The notes under the pieces were generated by a model. It was not told the origin of the DNA. It did no database searches and worked only from the letters and a program-made list of their open reading frames with translations. DNA of 64,000 nt from positions 23,439 through 87,438 of the forward strand of contig PDIP01000023.1 of the NCBI GenBank assembly GCA_002811645.1. Direction: 5' to 3'. Below, piece by piece: positions 10,911-23,541 of the stretch. Within the stretch, counting starts at the first letter, position 1, and the number at the start of each line of letters is the position of its first letter. The DNA is from Corallochytrium limacisporum Hawaii. Lineage: Eukaryota > Protista > Pluriformea. A program made the translations under genes and the position numbers.

Positions 10911-11477
10911 ATGCCGGTTGCGATGTCATCGTCAGCGCCAAAGTGCGCTTCTGTCGTTGCGTACCATGCTCGTACCTTTGGTATCGGCCTGAAGGGGAAT
11001 CTTCCTTGGCGCCTAGAGAATGACATGAAGTGGTTTAAAACCCTTACAGCAACTGCTGCCGAAGGAAAGCAGAATGCGGTGGTCATGGGTCGCAAGACCT
11101 GGGAGTCCATCCCGAAGCGGTTTCGGCCACTGTCAGGCCGCATCAATGTCGTTCTCACAAGGCAGCCATCGTATGATACAGGTGATACCACTGTAGCTAC
11201 CTTTGTTGGCATCAAGGAAGCGATTGAGTCACTGTCAAAAAATCCTGAAGTTGATCGGATCTTCATCATCGGTGGTGGTACAGTGTACAAGGAGGCATGG
11301 GAAGCTGGGCTTTGCAATGCTATCTATGCCACAGAGGTTCATGGAGAGGCTGAAGTTGACACGTACGTGCCAATGCCAGAGAGTTTGGGCTTCAAACGCC
11401 AGGGTGACAAACCTATCCAATCCGGGGAGGAAGGGCAATTCAAGTACGAAATGTGGCTCCTGACAAAGGAAGCTTAA
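10911..11477 (+). CDS. DHFR: Dihydrofolate reductase (monofunctional)
   Basis: GIG..G.LPW..DMKWF, NAVVMGRKTWESIP..FRPL..RINVVL, IFIIGGG.VY; no fused thymidylate synthase. The start could be the second ATG at 10923. Confidence 0.95.
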   Translation: MPVAMSSSAPKCASVVAYHARTFGIGLKGNLPWRLENDMKWFKTLTATAAEGKQNAVVMGRKTWESIPKRFRPLSGRINVVLTRQPSYDTGDTTVATFVGIKEAIESLSKNPEVDRIFIIGGGTVYKEAWEAGLCNAIYATEVHGEAEVDTYVPMPESLGFKRQGDKPIQSGEEGQFKYEMWLLTKEA

Positions 11478-11682
11478 AATCCAACAGGATGTGGACATGG
11501 CTGATACTTTGCATTTGTCAGAGAAATTTAATTATATGCTTAATTATTAAGTTAAGATCCCGAGATCGTCAGTGCGGCAGCTATTTCTTCTTCCTGCCCG
11601 GCCCACTTTCTCCAACCACGGAGACGTATATGGTACATATGAAATGCATGATACTTGAGTGTGCAAAGGATACGAACAAAAC

Positions 11683-11934
11683 TTACGCCCGGCGCTTCAG
11701 TTCATCCAGACGATTGACAACAAAGTAAGAAGTGTCAAGGAACCGCTCCACGCAGTTCACCAAGCACTGCTCTTGCTTGCTGTCCAGCTTGTTTCCCACA
11801 CTGGTCATGCACTTGTCCCAGCACATATCGGTGAAGTTGTGGACCATAGACTGAAAGCGGGCTTTGCTGTTCTCGACCTCAATGAACTGACGCAGTTCAG
11901 CCTGGGTCTGGGGGTCAAGTTCCTGGTCTGCCAT
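11683..11934 (-). CDS. TIMM8: Mitochondrial small Tim chaperone Tim8
   Basis: Twin CX3C (CWDKC, CLVNC), FQSMVHNFTD, VERFLDTS; ATG at 11934. Confidence 0.93.
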   Translation of the reverse strand: MADQELDPQTQAELRQFIEVENSKARFQSMVHNFTDMCWDKCMTSVGNKLDSKQEQCLVNCVERFLDTSYFVVNRLDELKRRA

Positions 11935-12460
11935 GTTTGTTGATTTATTTCCTTTTTTCAGATTGCTATACAAACCTGACGTTGTAATTCCCAGCCATCA
12001 GCGTTCCTTTTTCTACCACTTTTGTACCTGTGGAGAGATGTTCTCGTTCACACTCAAGCCACGGAAAACTTAATACAAATCTGAAAAAACCACCAATCCC
12101 CACAAGTTAGTAACAACGAACGCGTCCCACAATTTGCTGTTGACTTTGCTTCCATTCAAGCACATTCTTGGCAAGCTTCGCAAGAAGTTCCCGTAAAGCC
12201 CCCCTCCCCCACTTGATGGTGGTGCAGCTTGGAAATGGTGCCCTCGTGGCTGGCAGGCGAGTCTCAGTGGTACACACTTGCTAGGGGAGGGAAGGGCATT
12301 CGCCCCTGCCGGCACAGCCCCGTGCTTTGACCACAGGCGCAGGCAGGGCGGGGTGGGGGCCTTTCCGGTCTCCACTTCTTCTACGGTCCCTCTGACCTCT
12401 TGGCTTTGCCAGCTCTGCCCTGGGAAGGAGGGGAGCGGTGGGGGGAGGGGAGAACGTCAG

Positions 12461-12555
12461 TATTGAATATACCGTGGGGATTAGTGACAGTAGTGAATGT
12501 ACCGGCCCGTAAGGGTTGTCAGTACTTTCAATGGCGGAACCATAGTAAATGTACT
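12461..12555 (+). promoter_or_regulatory. Cluster of TA[GCT]TRAATRTAC motifs upstream of the RPRD1-like gene
   Basis: TATTGAATATACC at 12461, TAGTGAATGTACC at 12491, CATAGTAAATGTACT at 12541. Confidence 0.6.
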
Positions 12556-12771
12556 GTGTATGGCTCACGGTGTTCTCGGTGTCTGCGGACCAGCAGGATG
12601 CAAATTTGGGCGCGCTGCCCTGAGATCTGGGTGAAAGCGCCATCGCCGCTGTGGATGGTACTTCATTGTATGTACCACTAAATATGGGTCGACCAGGCTA
12701 GCTAAATGAGGCATCGAGCACTGATTTATTCACTTGGATGTATTAGCCAACTTTTACATACACACCTCCAA

Positions 12772-13752
12772 ATGGCGAATACGATAGACAACTTCGTCAA
12801 CCGGCTGAGACGACTTTCTAGTCAAGCCGACTCTATTCAGAGCTTGTCATCATGGCTAATCTTGAAGAAACGGTTCGCAACAGAATTAGCCCAAGCATGG
12901 AAAACAGAGGTTGCAAGTGCATCACCAGATAGGCAGCTCGTTTACTTCTATGTATGCAACGATGTTCTGCAGAGCGGACGAAAGAAGGCACCAGAGTATA
13001 ATGCCGCATTCGGGAAGGTGTTGCCTGAGGCCCTGCGAGCAGTTAGTGAATCAGTAGATAGCAAGCTATTCGGAAAATTTGATCGCACATTGAAAGTGTG
13101 GATTGAGCGACATGTGTTCGATGCAGCATTCGTGGCTCAGTTGCGACAAGCCTTGGCTGGTGGTGCTGGTACACCGATGGTATCTGCCCCGCAGCAGAGT
13201 CCATCTATGAACCCTGGACAGCTGGATGTATCAGATGAACCACTAAGAAGCGAGAATGACCTGGAAGAGCCGCTTGGGGATAAAGCGCTGCAGATTCTAG
13301 AAGAGGCACGCCAGCTGGACAAACTCAGAGCCTCAAACAGTTCAGAACGGGCCGCTGCTCAAGAGACCCTGGACAAAGAGGAGAAAATCCAGGGCGGATC
13401 CAAGGCCAATCTCGAAGCAGCTTCCTCGCGAGTAGCAAAACTAAAAGGCTCAATCCAAGCAGAAGTACAGGATCGACAAGCTTTCATTCGGACACTGGAA
13501 ACCCTCTTGGAACAACAACAAACCCTGCTTGATGACCTCAGTGCTGATGCTGACCAGGCTGCGAACATGCTGGGCAAAATCAACGACATTCTTCAGACCC
13601 GGGATTTTGATGTTAGTGCCACCGATGCGGCCAATGGTACTCTGCCGGGATCTTCGGATCTGATAGGAGAGAAGGGAAACCCCAAGAGAAGGCGAGTTCG
13701 TTTCGAACCGCAAACGCCTCCAGGAACGCCACCGCCTCATGCTTATGCATGA
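12772..13752 (+). CDS. RNA Pol II CTD-interacting domain protein (RPRD1/Rtt103-like)
   Basis: N-terminal CID (SIQSLSSW, YFYVCNDVLQ, KVWIERHVF) followed by a coiled coil; an in-frame upstream ATG at 12706 also exists. Confidence 0.85.
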   Translation: MANTIDNFVNRLRRLSSQADSIQSLSSWLILKKRFATELAQAWKTEVASASPDRQLVYFYVCNDVLQSGRKKAPEYNAAFGKVLPEALRAVSESVDSKLFGKFDRTLKVWIERHVFDAAFVAQLRQALAGGAGTPMVSAPQQSPSMNPGQLDVSDEPLRSENDLEEPLGDKALQILEEARQLDKLRASNSSERAAAQETLDKEEKIQGGSKANLEAASSRVAKLKGSIQAEVQDRQAFIRTLETLLEQQQTLLDDLSADADQAANMLGKINDILQTRDFDVSATDAANGTLPGSSDLIGEKGNPKRRRVRFEPQTPPGTPPPHAYA

Positions 13753-13826
13753 GTGCCATCAAATGTAGTTATTGAAAATCAGTGTGTACCATACATCGTA
13801 TTTGACACCATTTCATTTAATTGATT

Positions 13827-15203
13827 TTAATCGAGAGCGCCAAGAATGTCCCACACTGACAAGAAGGCAGAGGCCCCAATGCCGTTTTCAATCATTTGTA
13901 CATGGCAGGCACCCAGCTGCTGGACGCACTCTTCCAGTGCTGCCTGTGAAGGCTTCTCCTGAGACTTCAGAATCGCACTATTAAGGGCAGTCGCTAAGGG
14001 CTCACGATGCTCATTGGAGAGTAAGTACCCCATTGGAGACGAGTGAGGATTGGGGTAGGCCAGCAGTCCGAAGGCCTCTACCAATTCGTCCTTGCATGAC
14101 TGCTGTAGATTGCCTGAGTCGCACATGGCTTGCAGATTCTGTCCAAAGTTCATGATCTGTAGAGCCTGCTCCATGTCCTCGCTACCTGCGAACCCTTTCT
14201 CCACCATCTCAATAAATTGACGGCAACGAATTTTGAAAACCAACTCCTCGTTGTCCTTAAGGACGCTGGGGTAGGTTTGTTCAGTCAACTTGATGGCCTC
14301 CTCAAAGTCTCCAGAAAGCATAAGGTTACGGATATTTTGGCGCATCTTGATAGATTGAAGGTCTTGGGAGATATTTCCTCCGATTTCGTTTGCAAAACTC
14401 CCGGCAGTTTCTCCGTAGCCGTGGTGAATGAGATACTCTAGGACCAACTGATTCATTATGCTCTGCCAGGATGCAGAGTTGGTCATGGAAACGAGTGCCG
14501 TCGATTCTATCTTGGACTTGACCTTGGACCTCGTTTCCTCCCAGTGGTTCATGATATCATATTCGAATGGCTTCTGTCCAAAGTTAGCCTCAACAACTTC
14601 ACCCGGGGTTCGCAGACCGACAGTAGGGTAGAGATTAGGCTTGAGATCCTGGAAACAGATACCCAGGAAAAGACCATTCTTGGTGTAGAAGCAAGTGTTG
14701 TCAACAAAATTGATACAGCAACCAATAACATCACCCGTGGTGAATGTAGGGCCGTACGCTGTACCAACACCGGAGCAGCAAAATGAGTGCCCGTCATCGC
14801 CATGATAACCATACGAATTCTTTTCCCAGCCAGGTAAGCGATTTAGCTGCACATGTTGGTCGCTGAGACCAATACCAATATAACCTTCGCGTCCTTTGTT
14901 GACAATCTTCACTTCGAAGTAGTATACTCCGCATGCTGAAGGAATTTTGTAGTTTGCGCGCACGGCGGCGGCGTCATTATCGCTCTTTCCAGGACCGTTG
15001 TATTCGACCCGTAGGTTTCCGTATCCACTCGTGAGTGCCAAATGCTGGTATCTGTCCTTGTGGTTCCAAGCGCTAGGAAGGGGTGTCTCTTCTAAATTTA
15101 AATGTCCGTAGAGACGCCGCATTTCTGAACCTCCTGGCCCGCCCTGGTTCAACAGGTTGGCGGATTTGCCAGCCTTCACCGATGTATGGCCCGCCGGTGG
15201 CAT
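13827..15203 (-). CDS. RANBP9: RanBP9/RanBP10 (CTLH/GID complex scaffold)
   Basis: SPRY domain (YYFEVKI, LNRLPGWEKNSYGYHGDDG, YPTVGL), LisH (EYLIHHGY), CTLH and CRA (LLAYPNP) domains. Confidence 0.92.
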   Translation of the reverse strand: MPPAGHTSVKAGKSANLLNQGGPGGSEMRRLYGHLNLEETPLPSAWNHKDRYQHLALTSGYGNLRVEYNGPGKSDNDAAAVRANYKIPSACGVYYFEVKIVNKGREGYIGIGLSDQHVQLNRLPGWEKNSYGYHGDDGHSFCCSGVGTAYGPTFTTGDVIGCCINFVDNTCFYTKNGLFLGICFQDLKPNLYPTVGLRTPGEVVEANFGQKPFEYDIMNHWEETRSKVKSKIESTALVSMTNSASWQSIMNQLVLEYLIHHGYGETAGSFANEIGGNISQDLQSIKMRQNIRNLMLSGDFEEAIKLTEQTYPSVLKDNEELVFKIRCRQFIEMVEKGFAGSEDMEQALQIMNFGQNLQAMCDSGNLQQSCKDELVEAFGLLAYPNPHSSPMGYLLSNEHREPLATALNSAILKSQEKPSQAALEECVQQLGACHVQMIENGIGASAFLSVWDILGALD

Positions 15204-16533
15204 TTTCTACAAACAAGGACGCTCTCTATGGGAGTCTCAACTAAGTACCTTCGGACGTAATTAGCTGTGTATCGTATACTTCTTCAATGCATCATCGCTG
15301 GCTAGTACGAATGTTTTCTTCGCTACCTGCCCAACCCATCATGCAGTATCGAAAACCGTGATCTGCTTTGTACCTGACTTCGGAATTCGGATCAGGCCAA
15401 AAGGCCCACAACAGCAAATTCAACATCACTCAAACGGACTGTTGGACACGACAACACCGCGTATATTATTATGCACACAAATCCCAGCATGTGATCCAAG
15501 AAAGAAAATGTTAGCACACACCGATAAAGAAAAAAATATCGTGGGCACGAAAAGCGACGGGCGTGAATGACACCACCATTCGCGCAAAGACGGCACTGCC
15601 AACTGCGCCGGCCATCATCCACTTAGCTGGCTGCTGCCTCTGCGTCCGAATGCAGACAAAGGCAGAGCGCTCTCTCCCTGCTCCTGGTCTTCCTTCTACT
15701 CCGCGCTCACCCCTCTCACTCCTCTCTCCCGCGGCCGGCTCCAAAAATTTTACGGCCCCTCTTTGTCCCTGTCCGTGTCTCACTCTCTCTCGCGAGAGTG
15801 ATGCCTCCCCTCCCCTGGCCCGAACTTGGCGCCTCTCCCGCCTCTCCGATATTTGCAGGGGTGTCCCGGCCCCCCAAAGTGGCGCTTTTGGTGTGTGTGT
15901 CTCTGGCTGGGCTCTCGGCCGGTTCGGTCGCGGCCCAAGGAGCGAAGTAAAGGGGAAAAAATAAGAGGTTTGGCGAACGAGAAAACAAAAACCAAAATGG
16001 CAGGGAACCCGAAGCAGTGAAGCTGAAGGGAAGACGAAAAGGCGGCGGGGAGGGGGGGAGTTTTGCTGCTGGTAAAGGAGGAGCCGAGCGGGAGCGGAGC
16101 GGCCGCAGTGCTGTGTCTGTGTGTGTACTGAGTACACATTGGCAGGCAGCGACGGGCCAGCGGTATCAAAAAGCCACATGGAAATACTACGGGAGGCAGC
16201 GGAGGCGATACATTCAGTATGTTTGGCCCTACCGCCGGGTCCTTTGCACGGCTCCATTTCGCCCTGTTGACTGCGATAGCAGCAAACTTTGGTTCCAAGA
16301 CCGCAAAGGCGATTGGGCTCGAATAGCGGAAGGGTCCTTTGAACGATGCATATTTCAATGCCAGCATGGTTTGCCCTACGATGTAGTAGAATTTAGCAGC
16401 CGTTCGAATAGACTTTCGTGTCTCATCACTGTGACGAACCATGGGAGATGAATTAGGGTAGATGTCTTGCGGTTTGAAACTTGTTTTAGAGAACATGAAA
16501 TAAGGAAAGAAATTACGCGCCAACATTTAGATC

Positions 16534-18717
16534 ATGAAGGGATCTGAAGCACAGAAGATCGCAGCTGAGGCCGAGCAAGCCTTTGAAGCAAAGAAATATG
16601 ACGAATGTTTAAAGCACTTGTCTCAGATCCAACTTCCGGACAACCGGAGGCTTCAGTATAATAAGGAACTTGCAGTATGGATGCAGTCAGCCAAGACTCA
16701 TAGCGGTAAGGGCGATAGAACGGCATTGTTTAGGTCTGCCATTGAAGCAGGGGAAAAGTTGCGAGAGCTTGCTAGGGACTCTCAGGCAACAGACAAGCCT
16801 TCAACAAAGGATAACGGGAAGAAAAGCAAGGATGACGGCACTGGGCCGACAGAGGATACTGCGGTGGAATTGGCCACGTGCGCATACACTGCAGCTGTGC
16901 TTTTAAGGTCACAAGGACAGCGGAGTGCCGCTATCGACCTGTTGAAACCGATCATTTCTTCTGTCGACGAGCTTGACGAAACCACTGCAAAACTGTGCCT
17001 TTTGCTCTACCAAGATCTCCTCATGGAATCGGGCCGCTTTGCAGAGGCTGCAGAACTATGGTCTCCATTGGAAAAAGCATTGATGAGCGAACATGTTGAA
17101 GACGGTGATGACACCAATGACAATGCAAAGGAGACGGGCAGTCCGCAACAGGCCGCCACTGGAGACTTCAAGACGCGGGATGGAACCTATGTCATGCGGA
17201 CCCAGCGGGCCCGATTGTGCTTGATGAACCGGAATCTAAAACAGTGCAAGAGAGAACTCAAAGCAGCCATTCAGGCTTCGAAGGATTCTCCAGGTGCTCT
17301 ATTCTTTAAGAGTCAGCTCGAATTTCTTCGGGGCAACATGCGCAAATCTCTGAAGCTACTCAACATTTGCCCGAAGACAAACCCGGACGGTACTGTGGAC
17401 CACTATGCAGCCCGCAACTTCTACTCCAACATGGCCAGTGTGTATCATAAAATGGGAAAACATGGCATGGCAGCTCTGTGTGTCAAGAAGGCAGTGAATC
17501 ACAACAATGAACTGCTCCTGCAGAGCAGCGGCATGGCAGAGGAAGGCGAAATGAATGCCATTCTGGCATATAAGTCCGGTCTGGAGTATTTGCATCTAAA
17601 GAGATTTGAGGATGCCTACGAATCCTTTGACGGCATCCGTGATGCTTATTGTTTCTCCCCGCATCTGTGGATCCGCCTGGCTGAATGTTGTGTCAGCTAC
17701 CAGCTGAGTATTCGCGGCAAGGAACCAGTTCATGTTGTTGGTGAGGGCGCTTTGAAGCGCCTAGTAATTATTCCGGGTCATGCGACCATGGAAGCCCGCA
17801 ATAAGCGGAAGGACATGACCTACGAAGATGCTAGGCGTTTTGCTGACGCAGCACTTTTCTTGCTGGATGATCATTGGGAAAACAGCAATGGAAATAGTGG
17901 CACTCCCAAAAATATGGCTTCAGTCAACGGCGACAGAAAGGAAGGAACGGACCTGACAGGAGTCATGAAGTTTGACGAAAAGGACAACCTGTATCGTGCA
18001 CAGCTGCCTGATGGGTCCTACGTTCGCAGTGGCCCCTTGCAGTGGATCCGTACGGAAGAACACGACAAAATCCTGACTTCTGCGCGTTTGCTGCGGTGTT
18101 ACGTTGCGCTTGAAACTGGCGAGTACGATTTGGCGCAGTCTCTGGCTGATCGCACTATGCAGAACGACAACAGCTTTCCACCGCATTTGCGCGCCCTTGC
18201 ATTGTGCTACCAGATTGCCGCTGTCGTCCACAAGGGAGATACTCGTCTAGCCCTGGACCTTCTCTCAAAGCAAAGCATCCAATCCTTGGTGGACACAATT
18301 TCGGAACAGGAGGCCCAACTTGAGTCCAATCAGACCACGGCTGCCGCTGCATCGGAGTCGACGAGTCCTGCCGCGGCCGTATTCCGCCAGCACAGTTTGC
18401 AGTTGAACACTGCAGTGCTCCAGGCGAGTGCATACATGGTAGACGACCGCGTGGATGATGCGTACCAGTCGATCACGCAAGCTATGACCGTTACTGGTCG
18501 ATTGGGCATCGACTTCCCGCGCCACGCAGCTCTGGTCGCAGCCTATGTGTTTCTTGCCCGTGACGATCTCAAGGGTGCGCAGTCCGTGCTGAAGCCTGTA
18601 TCCATCATGGCCTACGAGGAGAAAGAGAGGGCACCGGAGATGCAGTATCTCTGGCACTACAGGAATCCTGACAGTCCGACACCGAACATGGGCAGCATGG
18701 GCGGCCTTCGGGGCTAA
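16534..18717 (+). CDS. CNOT10: CCR4-NOT subunit 10-like TPR protein
   Basis: KQCKRELK, FFKSQLEFLRGNMRKSLKLL and LWIRLAECC match recalled CNOT10 conserved blocks. Confidence 0.82.
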   Translation: MKGSEAQKIAAEAEQAFEAKKYDECLKHLSQIQLPDNRRLQYNKELAVWMQSAKTHSGKGDRTALFRSAIEAGEKLRELARDSQATDKPSTKDNGKKSKDDGTGPTEDTAVELATCAYTAAVLLRSQGQRSAAIDLLKPIISSVDELDETTAKLCLLLYQDLLMESGRFAEAAELWSPLEKALMSEHVEDGDDTNDNAKETGSPQQAATGDFKTRDGTYVMRTQRARLCLMNRNLKQCKRELKAAIQASKDSPGALFFKSQLEFLRGNMRKSLKLLNICPKTNPDGTVDHYAARNFYSNMASVYHKMGKHGMAALCVKKAVNHNNELLLQSSGMAEEGEMNAILAYKSGLEYLHLKRFEDAYESFDGIRDAYCFSPHLWIRLAECCVSYQLSIRGKEPVHVVGEGALKRLVIIPGHATMEARNKRKDMTYEDARRFADAALFLLDDHWENSNGNSGTPKNMASVNGDRKEGTDLTGVMKFDEKDNLYRAQLPDGSYVRSGPLQWIRTEEHDKILTSARLLRCYVALETGEYDLAQSLADRTMQNDNSFPPHLRALALCYQIAAVVHKGDTRLALDLLSKQSIQSLVDTISEQEAQLESNQTTAAAASESTSPAAAVFRQHSLQLNTAVLQASAYMVDDRVDDAYQSITQAMTVTGRLGIDFPRHAALVAAYVFLARDDLKGAQSVLKPVSIMAYEEKERAPEMQYLWHYRNPDSPTPNMGSMGGLRG

Positions 18718-18830
18718 GATGGATCCGACTTGAGTGCTGCTAGGATTCACACAAAGGCGAATAAAAGCTGAATATTTAAGCAGAATGCATGTCTTCTTGA
18801 CAGTGCCTTCTATGTGTGTTTGTATTTCGT

Positions 18831-21800
18831 TTAGACCATGAAACGGTCCCGGTCACCGGAGTAGCCTCCACTCAGGGAGGACATGGACACCGGTCGATAG
18901 GCATGGCGCTTACGCGGCAGTACGAGCTGGCGGAGCTTGGTCCCCAGTCGGCGCTTGGACACCAACAGACGGATTTCGGAAAAGATCCAGACCGAAGACG
19001 TGAGACAGCAAATGAAGAACAAATCTGCGAGAGTCAGTGCCTCGGTCTGGAAGATGTCCTGCAGCCAGGGGACGTAGATTACGCACAGCTGACCAAGAAG
19101 TGAGCCACCGACTGCGTAAAGGAACATATTGTTGCTAAAGAAACCAATCTCAAAAGTGCTCTTGTTGGCGCTCCTGCAAGCTAAGGCGTTGAACATATCA
19201 AACATGACAAAGGTAGTGAACGTCATTGTAGTGTCCCGGGCGGTGACTTCGCCATCTTGCATTTCCAGGACGAATACATAGAGTGTGCCGGTGACGATGA
19301 TGGCCGCTGCACTGACGACGCGTGTGATGAGTGGACGATTGATGATGTTTTCAGTGCTCCTTCGTGGAGGCTTTTTCATTACATCTGGATCTACGGGCTC
19401 GACACCAAGACTCTGAGCTGGTGGTCCGTCCATAATAATATTGATCCAAAGAATCTGCATAGCGTTCAGGGGATTATGGTATCCAAAGAGAGTTGACACG
19501 GTGACGAGAGTCAATGCGGCCAGCGCCGTGGACAACTGGAAGCGAAGGAAGTTCTTAATGTTGTAGAAAATCATCTTGCCTTCTTCGATGGCATGCACGA
19601 TGGTGCCTATGTCATCGTCAAGCAAGATCATATCACCAGCTTCTTTGCACACATCCGTACCACCGAGACCCATAGCCACACCAATATCCGCCAACTTGAG
19701 TGACGGTGCGTCGTTAACACCATCACCTCCCATGGCAACGACTTCGTGCAAGTCTTGGAACGCCTTCACAATCTTGAGTTTGTGTTGAGGAGTGGTCCGA
19801 TAGAAAACTCGAACCTTACGGATGACCTGCTCCAATTGATCTAGGGGCATTGCTTGGAGTTCCGGTCCACTGAGGGCCATATCTCCGTCTTCAAAAATGT
19901 TCAGGCTCCGTGCTATGGCCATGGCTGTCTCTTTGGAGTCACCAGTGAGCATGTGGACCCTAACTCCGGACTTCTTCAGCTGGGCAACATGAGTTTGAAC
20001 CATTGCTTTTGGAGGGTCACTGATGCCAAGGATGCCCATGAAGACCAGGTCTTCCGAGTGCATTGACTTTGCAACGCCAATGGTACGCAGGCCATGATTT
20101 GCCATTCCACGCATTCCGGCTATAATGCTCGCCTTACTCTCTTGATCAAGCGGCACAGGCTCATTCAGTCTGCTAAGGTAATAGTTGCTCATTTCTAAAA
20201 CAATTTCTGGTGCGCCTTTGACAAATCGGATCTCAGAGCCAACTCCAGGGTTTCCTCCACTACTGCCTCCGCGAGGAGGCATAGGGGAGGTTCTTGAAGG
20301 TCCAACTTCCGAGGGTCCATGGGCTCCAGTTTCGGCAACGATTTCCATAAACTTTGTTGTTGAAGAGAATGGAACAGTCCGAATACGTTGCACCATAGAC
20401 CGCAGATCCCCGAGCTGTAGATTCAAACCAAACTTGAGCAGGGCTACATCGGTAGCCTGTCCTACTGCTTGACCATCTTCAGTGAGAGTAGCATCGTTAC
20501 AAACGACGCCGATCCTGGCGGCCTCCATAAGGGCAGCATCTGTCCGCAGGGCAGCAGCAAAGTCGGGATCAGTTGCGTACGTTTTAGACGCAATCTCAGC
20601 CATGCCTACAGAGCCTTGCCGCCTTAGGTATCCCGGAGGATTGTCTGGGGTGGGGAACGGGGAGTCTTCCTCAGTCAACGGCGGGCGGTCGATGTAGGTT
20701 CCCATGTCTAGGACGTTGTAGGTTCGGTTTGTGGCAGGTGAGTAAATGTTCGTCACGGTCATCCGATTCTGGGTGAGGGTACCAGTCTTATCCACGCAAA
20801 TGACTGTTGCAGAGCCTAGGGCTTCCACTGCTGGCAATTTCTTGACAATGGCATTCCGGCTAGCCATGCGCAAAACACCCAAAGCAAGGGTGACGGTAAC
20901 AACAATGGGAAGACCCTCTGGAATAGCAGCGACAGCCAGAGATACACCAATAGTGGCCATGTCAAGGAAGTTTTTCCCTTGAATAACACCGATCAAGATG
21001 ATGATCGAAATCAGGACACCCGACGCCTGACTGAGTTTTGTTCCCAATTCATCCATGCGGTGCTGCAGTGGCGTCTTCCGCTGTTCAACATCTCGCATAA
21101 TCTCAAAGATGGTCCCAAACTCAGAAAACCTTCCGGTGCCAATCACTACACCCTGCCCCCGGCCGTGTGTCACAAGTGTGCCCATGAAGGCAACATTTGC
21201 CCGTTCAGCGACAGGCACCTCTCCATTCAGATGGCCTTCGCCAGCCAGGACATCACAATGCTTTTTCTGTGCCCTGGTCTCTCCGGTAAGAGAGCTCTCG
21301 TCAACTTCAAGGCCGTCCACTTCGATAAGCCGCATATCAGCAGGCACTCTATCTCCCAAACTCAAAGTCACAATGTCCCCGGGTACTACTTCCCTTGCGT
21401 CAATCATTGCAGTGTGACCATCACGCACAACCCGACAGTTGTGGGGTACTAGTTTTGTGAGCTGTTCTATTGCCTTCTCAGACCTATACTCTTGAACAAA
21501 GCCGACCGTGGACACAATGACAACTGCAGCAAATATACTAATAGCATCATCATATTGTCCCATAAGTAATGAAAGAATCGAACTACCAATCAGTAGTCCC
21601 ACTAGAGGGTTCTGGAACTGTTCCAGGAACTTCTTGTACAACGGTTCCTCCTGGTGGTGTTCCAGTTCATTGTATCCGTGGGTAGCGAGACGCTTACTCA
21701 CTTCGAATGCTGATAATCCCTGTGTTGGATGACTGGTAAAATTCTGTAGTACTTCGCCGATATCTGAGAGAGATGCTCTTAAACTAGCAGAATGCTCTGC

Positions 21801-21881
21801 ACTCAGGTGGTTGGGAGACTTCGACTGCGCCCCATTCTGCGCACCATTCACCAGAGGCAAAAGACCCGGTGACGATGACAT
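18831..21881 (-). CDS. ATP2C1: Secretory-pathway Ca2+/Mn2+ P-type ATPase (SPCA/PMR1)
   Basis: DKTGTLT phosphorylation site, [45 protein letters not shown]; ATG at 21881. Confidence 0.95.
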   Translation of the reverse strand: MSSSPGLLPLVNGAQNGAQSKSPNHLSAEHSASLRASLSDIGEVLQNFTSHPTQGLSAFEVSKRLATHGYNELEHHQEEPLYKKFLEQFQNPLVGLLIGSSILSLLMGQYDDAISIFAAVVIVSTVGFVQEYRSEKAIEQLTKLVPHNCRVVRDGHTAMIDAREVVPGDIVTLSLGDRVPADMRLIEVDGLEVDESSLTGETRAQKKHCDVLAGEGHLNGEVPVAERANVAFMGTLVTHGRGQGVVIGTGRFSEFGTIFEIMRDVEQRKTPLQHRMDELGTKLSQASGVLISIIILIGVIQGKNFLDMATIGVSLAVAAIPEGLPIVVTVTLALGVLRMASRNAIVKKLPAVEALGSATVICVDKTGTLTQNRMTVTNIYSPATNRTYNVLDMGTYIDRPPLTEEDSPFPTPDNPPGYLRRQGSVGMAEIASKTYATDPDFAAALRTDAALMEAARIGVVCNDATLTEDGQAVGQATDVALLKFGLNLQLGDLRSMVQRIRTVPFSSTTKFMEIVAETGAHGPSEVGPSRTSPMPPRGGSSGGNPGVGSEIRFVKGAPEIVLEMSNYYLSRLNEPVPLDQESKASIIAGMRGMANHGLRTIGVAKSMHSEDLVFMGILGISDPPKAMVQTHVAQLKKSGVRVHMLTGDSKETAMAIARSLNIFEDGDMALSGPELQAMPLDQLEQVIRKVRVFYRTTPQHKLKIVKAFQDLHEVVAMGGDGVNDAPSLKLADIGVAMGLGGTDVCKEAGDMILLDDDIGTIVHAIEEGKMIFYNIKNFLRFQLSTALAALTLVTVSTLFGYHNPLNAMQILWINIIMDGPPAQSLGVEPVDPDVMKKPPRRSTENIINRPLITRVVSAAAIIVTGTLYVFVLEMQDGEVTARDTTMTFTTFVMFDMFNALACRSANKSTFEIGFFSNNMFLYAVGGSLLGQLCVIYVPWLQDIFQTEALTLADLFFICCLTSSVWIFSEIRLLVSKRRLGTKLRQLVLPRKRHAYRPVSMSSLSGGYSGDRDRFMV

Positions 21882-23464
21882 GTTGAACACAAGGGTCGAA
21901 CCAAGGTTGTAGTCCCAGACGGACCACTGAATCTCCTACTCACTGAGTCTGGTGTCTGATAAATGTTATGACATACCTTGTAGTATACCTCGTAGTCCGG
22001 TTTGCCCTGACTGCGCGATAGTAGTCGCATGGAACACAAGGCCTTTCCGTCCGTATTTGGAGCGGACCTTGCAAAATACCTGCATGGATCCAATCCAAAT
22101 ATACATCTTAAGGTCACTACTTGTATAGAGAGCCATTTCTTAGTCATGGAGTCTGAATGTAAGCAAGGTTGAGATTGTTCAAATCCTGCACGTAAGGTTT
22201 CACGCTGGGTGCGTCCGTACCATACCTTTTGAATCGCAGCACGTCCCCACTGGCCCCACTTTCTCCCCAACGCGTCCCTGATTTTCTCACTACTACCAAA
22301 CTCCCCCTCTTGCGCCACATCCCTCGCACATTCGCCCCCCCACAGCGTAACCCCTGGCAGCCTCAAACAAAGGGTCTCCTGGAGGAGTCCAGTGACGTCT
22401 CAAAACCTCGCACTTCAGGCGCTCTACTCTCCCAAGCATGTCATTTACAGGCTCAACCACATGCACCTGAATCTTTCGTCGATCAGAGGGATCGGCATAG
22501 AGCCCCGAGATGTCCAGTCTTCCATATGCTATCATTCCCCTTGATCGGGCACTCAGTCAAAGTCGTATATCGTACGAATTATCAGTTGCCATCCCAATGT
22601 TCTTGCAAACAAGCGTCAAATGGAGTGACATAGCATGGCCCAGACCAAGTAAACGTATTCAGGTCGCCATTCATCTCTAATTGAAAGCTCCCCGCGAGAA
22701 AGGAGGGCATGGCAGAAATCCAGAGGGTGCAGTAGGTTATTCTCTGCGCTTCTTCCGTGCGATGATCTCTGAAAAAAAAGTGAAAAAATTTTCTGTGGGC
22801 CCGCGCGCATGAGTAGGCGGCGGCGGTGCCAATGGCCTATTTTAAGGGGACAAAGGCTTTTCTATCTGGTCCTGCGATGGTGCTCCCATATTGCTCACTG
22901 CCCCAATGCTTACCCTTGGGACTCTTTGATGTGTGGCTATTACTCGTGAACCTAGTCCGCATTCCACTCTCTTGCTGCTGGGAAACTTACGGATGTCTGA
23001 AGGATGGCCATGGCTTGGGAAAATGCAGAGACGAAGGCCGTCATAGATCGATGGGACAAGAAATTTGATATGGAAGCACAACTGACTCACCTCGACGTGT
23101 TGGGTTGCTTCCTGTTGTCAACTATTGCATGCGGAACTGGCTTTTCAAAATGAAACGCTCCGCGTTCGATCGATGCACCTACCACACAGTTCGGACCCAC
23201 CCGGCCGACGCTCGGCCTTCCGGAGTAGCGTGGAGGAGGACACCCACGCGAAAATATTGATCTATGGACACATCCCGCCCATTCGGGGATGTGGTTGAAC
23301 TCTTTCGGAGGGTGCAGCTCGGAATGTGTTGATAATCAAGTAGGGACATCTTGCGTCTCGTTCGTCTACTTCTCCAGGCGCATTAGAAAATCCTTTAATA
23401 TTTTGTGTATTCTTTATCAAGATAAGGGTTATGGTGTCCTATGGTTATTGGAAATTGGATCTTA

Positions 23465-23524
<60 letters not shown>
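23465..23524. repeat. (GAT)20 microsatellite just downstream of the XPA stop codon
   Basis: Twenty perfect GAT units. Confidence 0.97.
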
Positions 23525-23525
<1 letters not shown>

Positions 23526-23541
23526 GTTATTATGATCCTCT

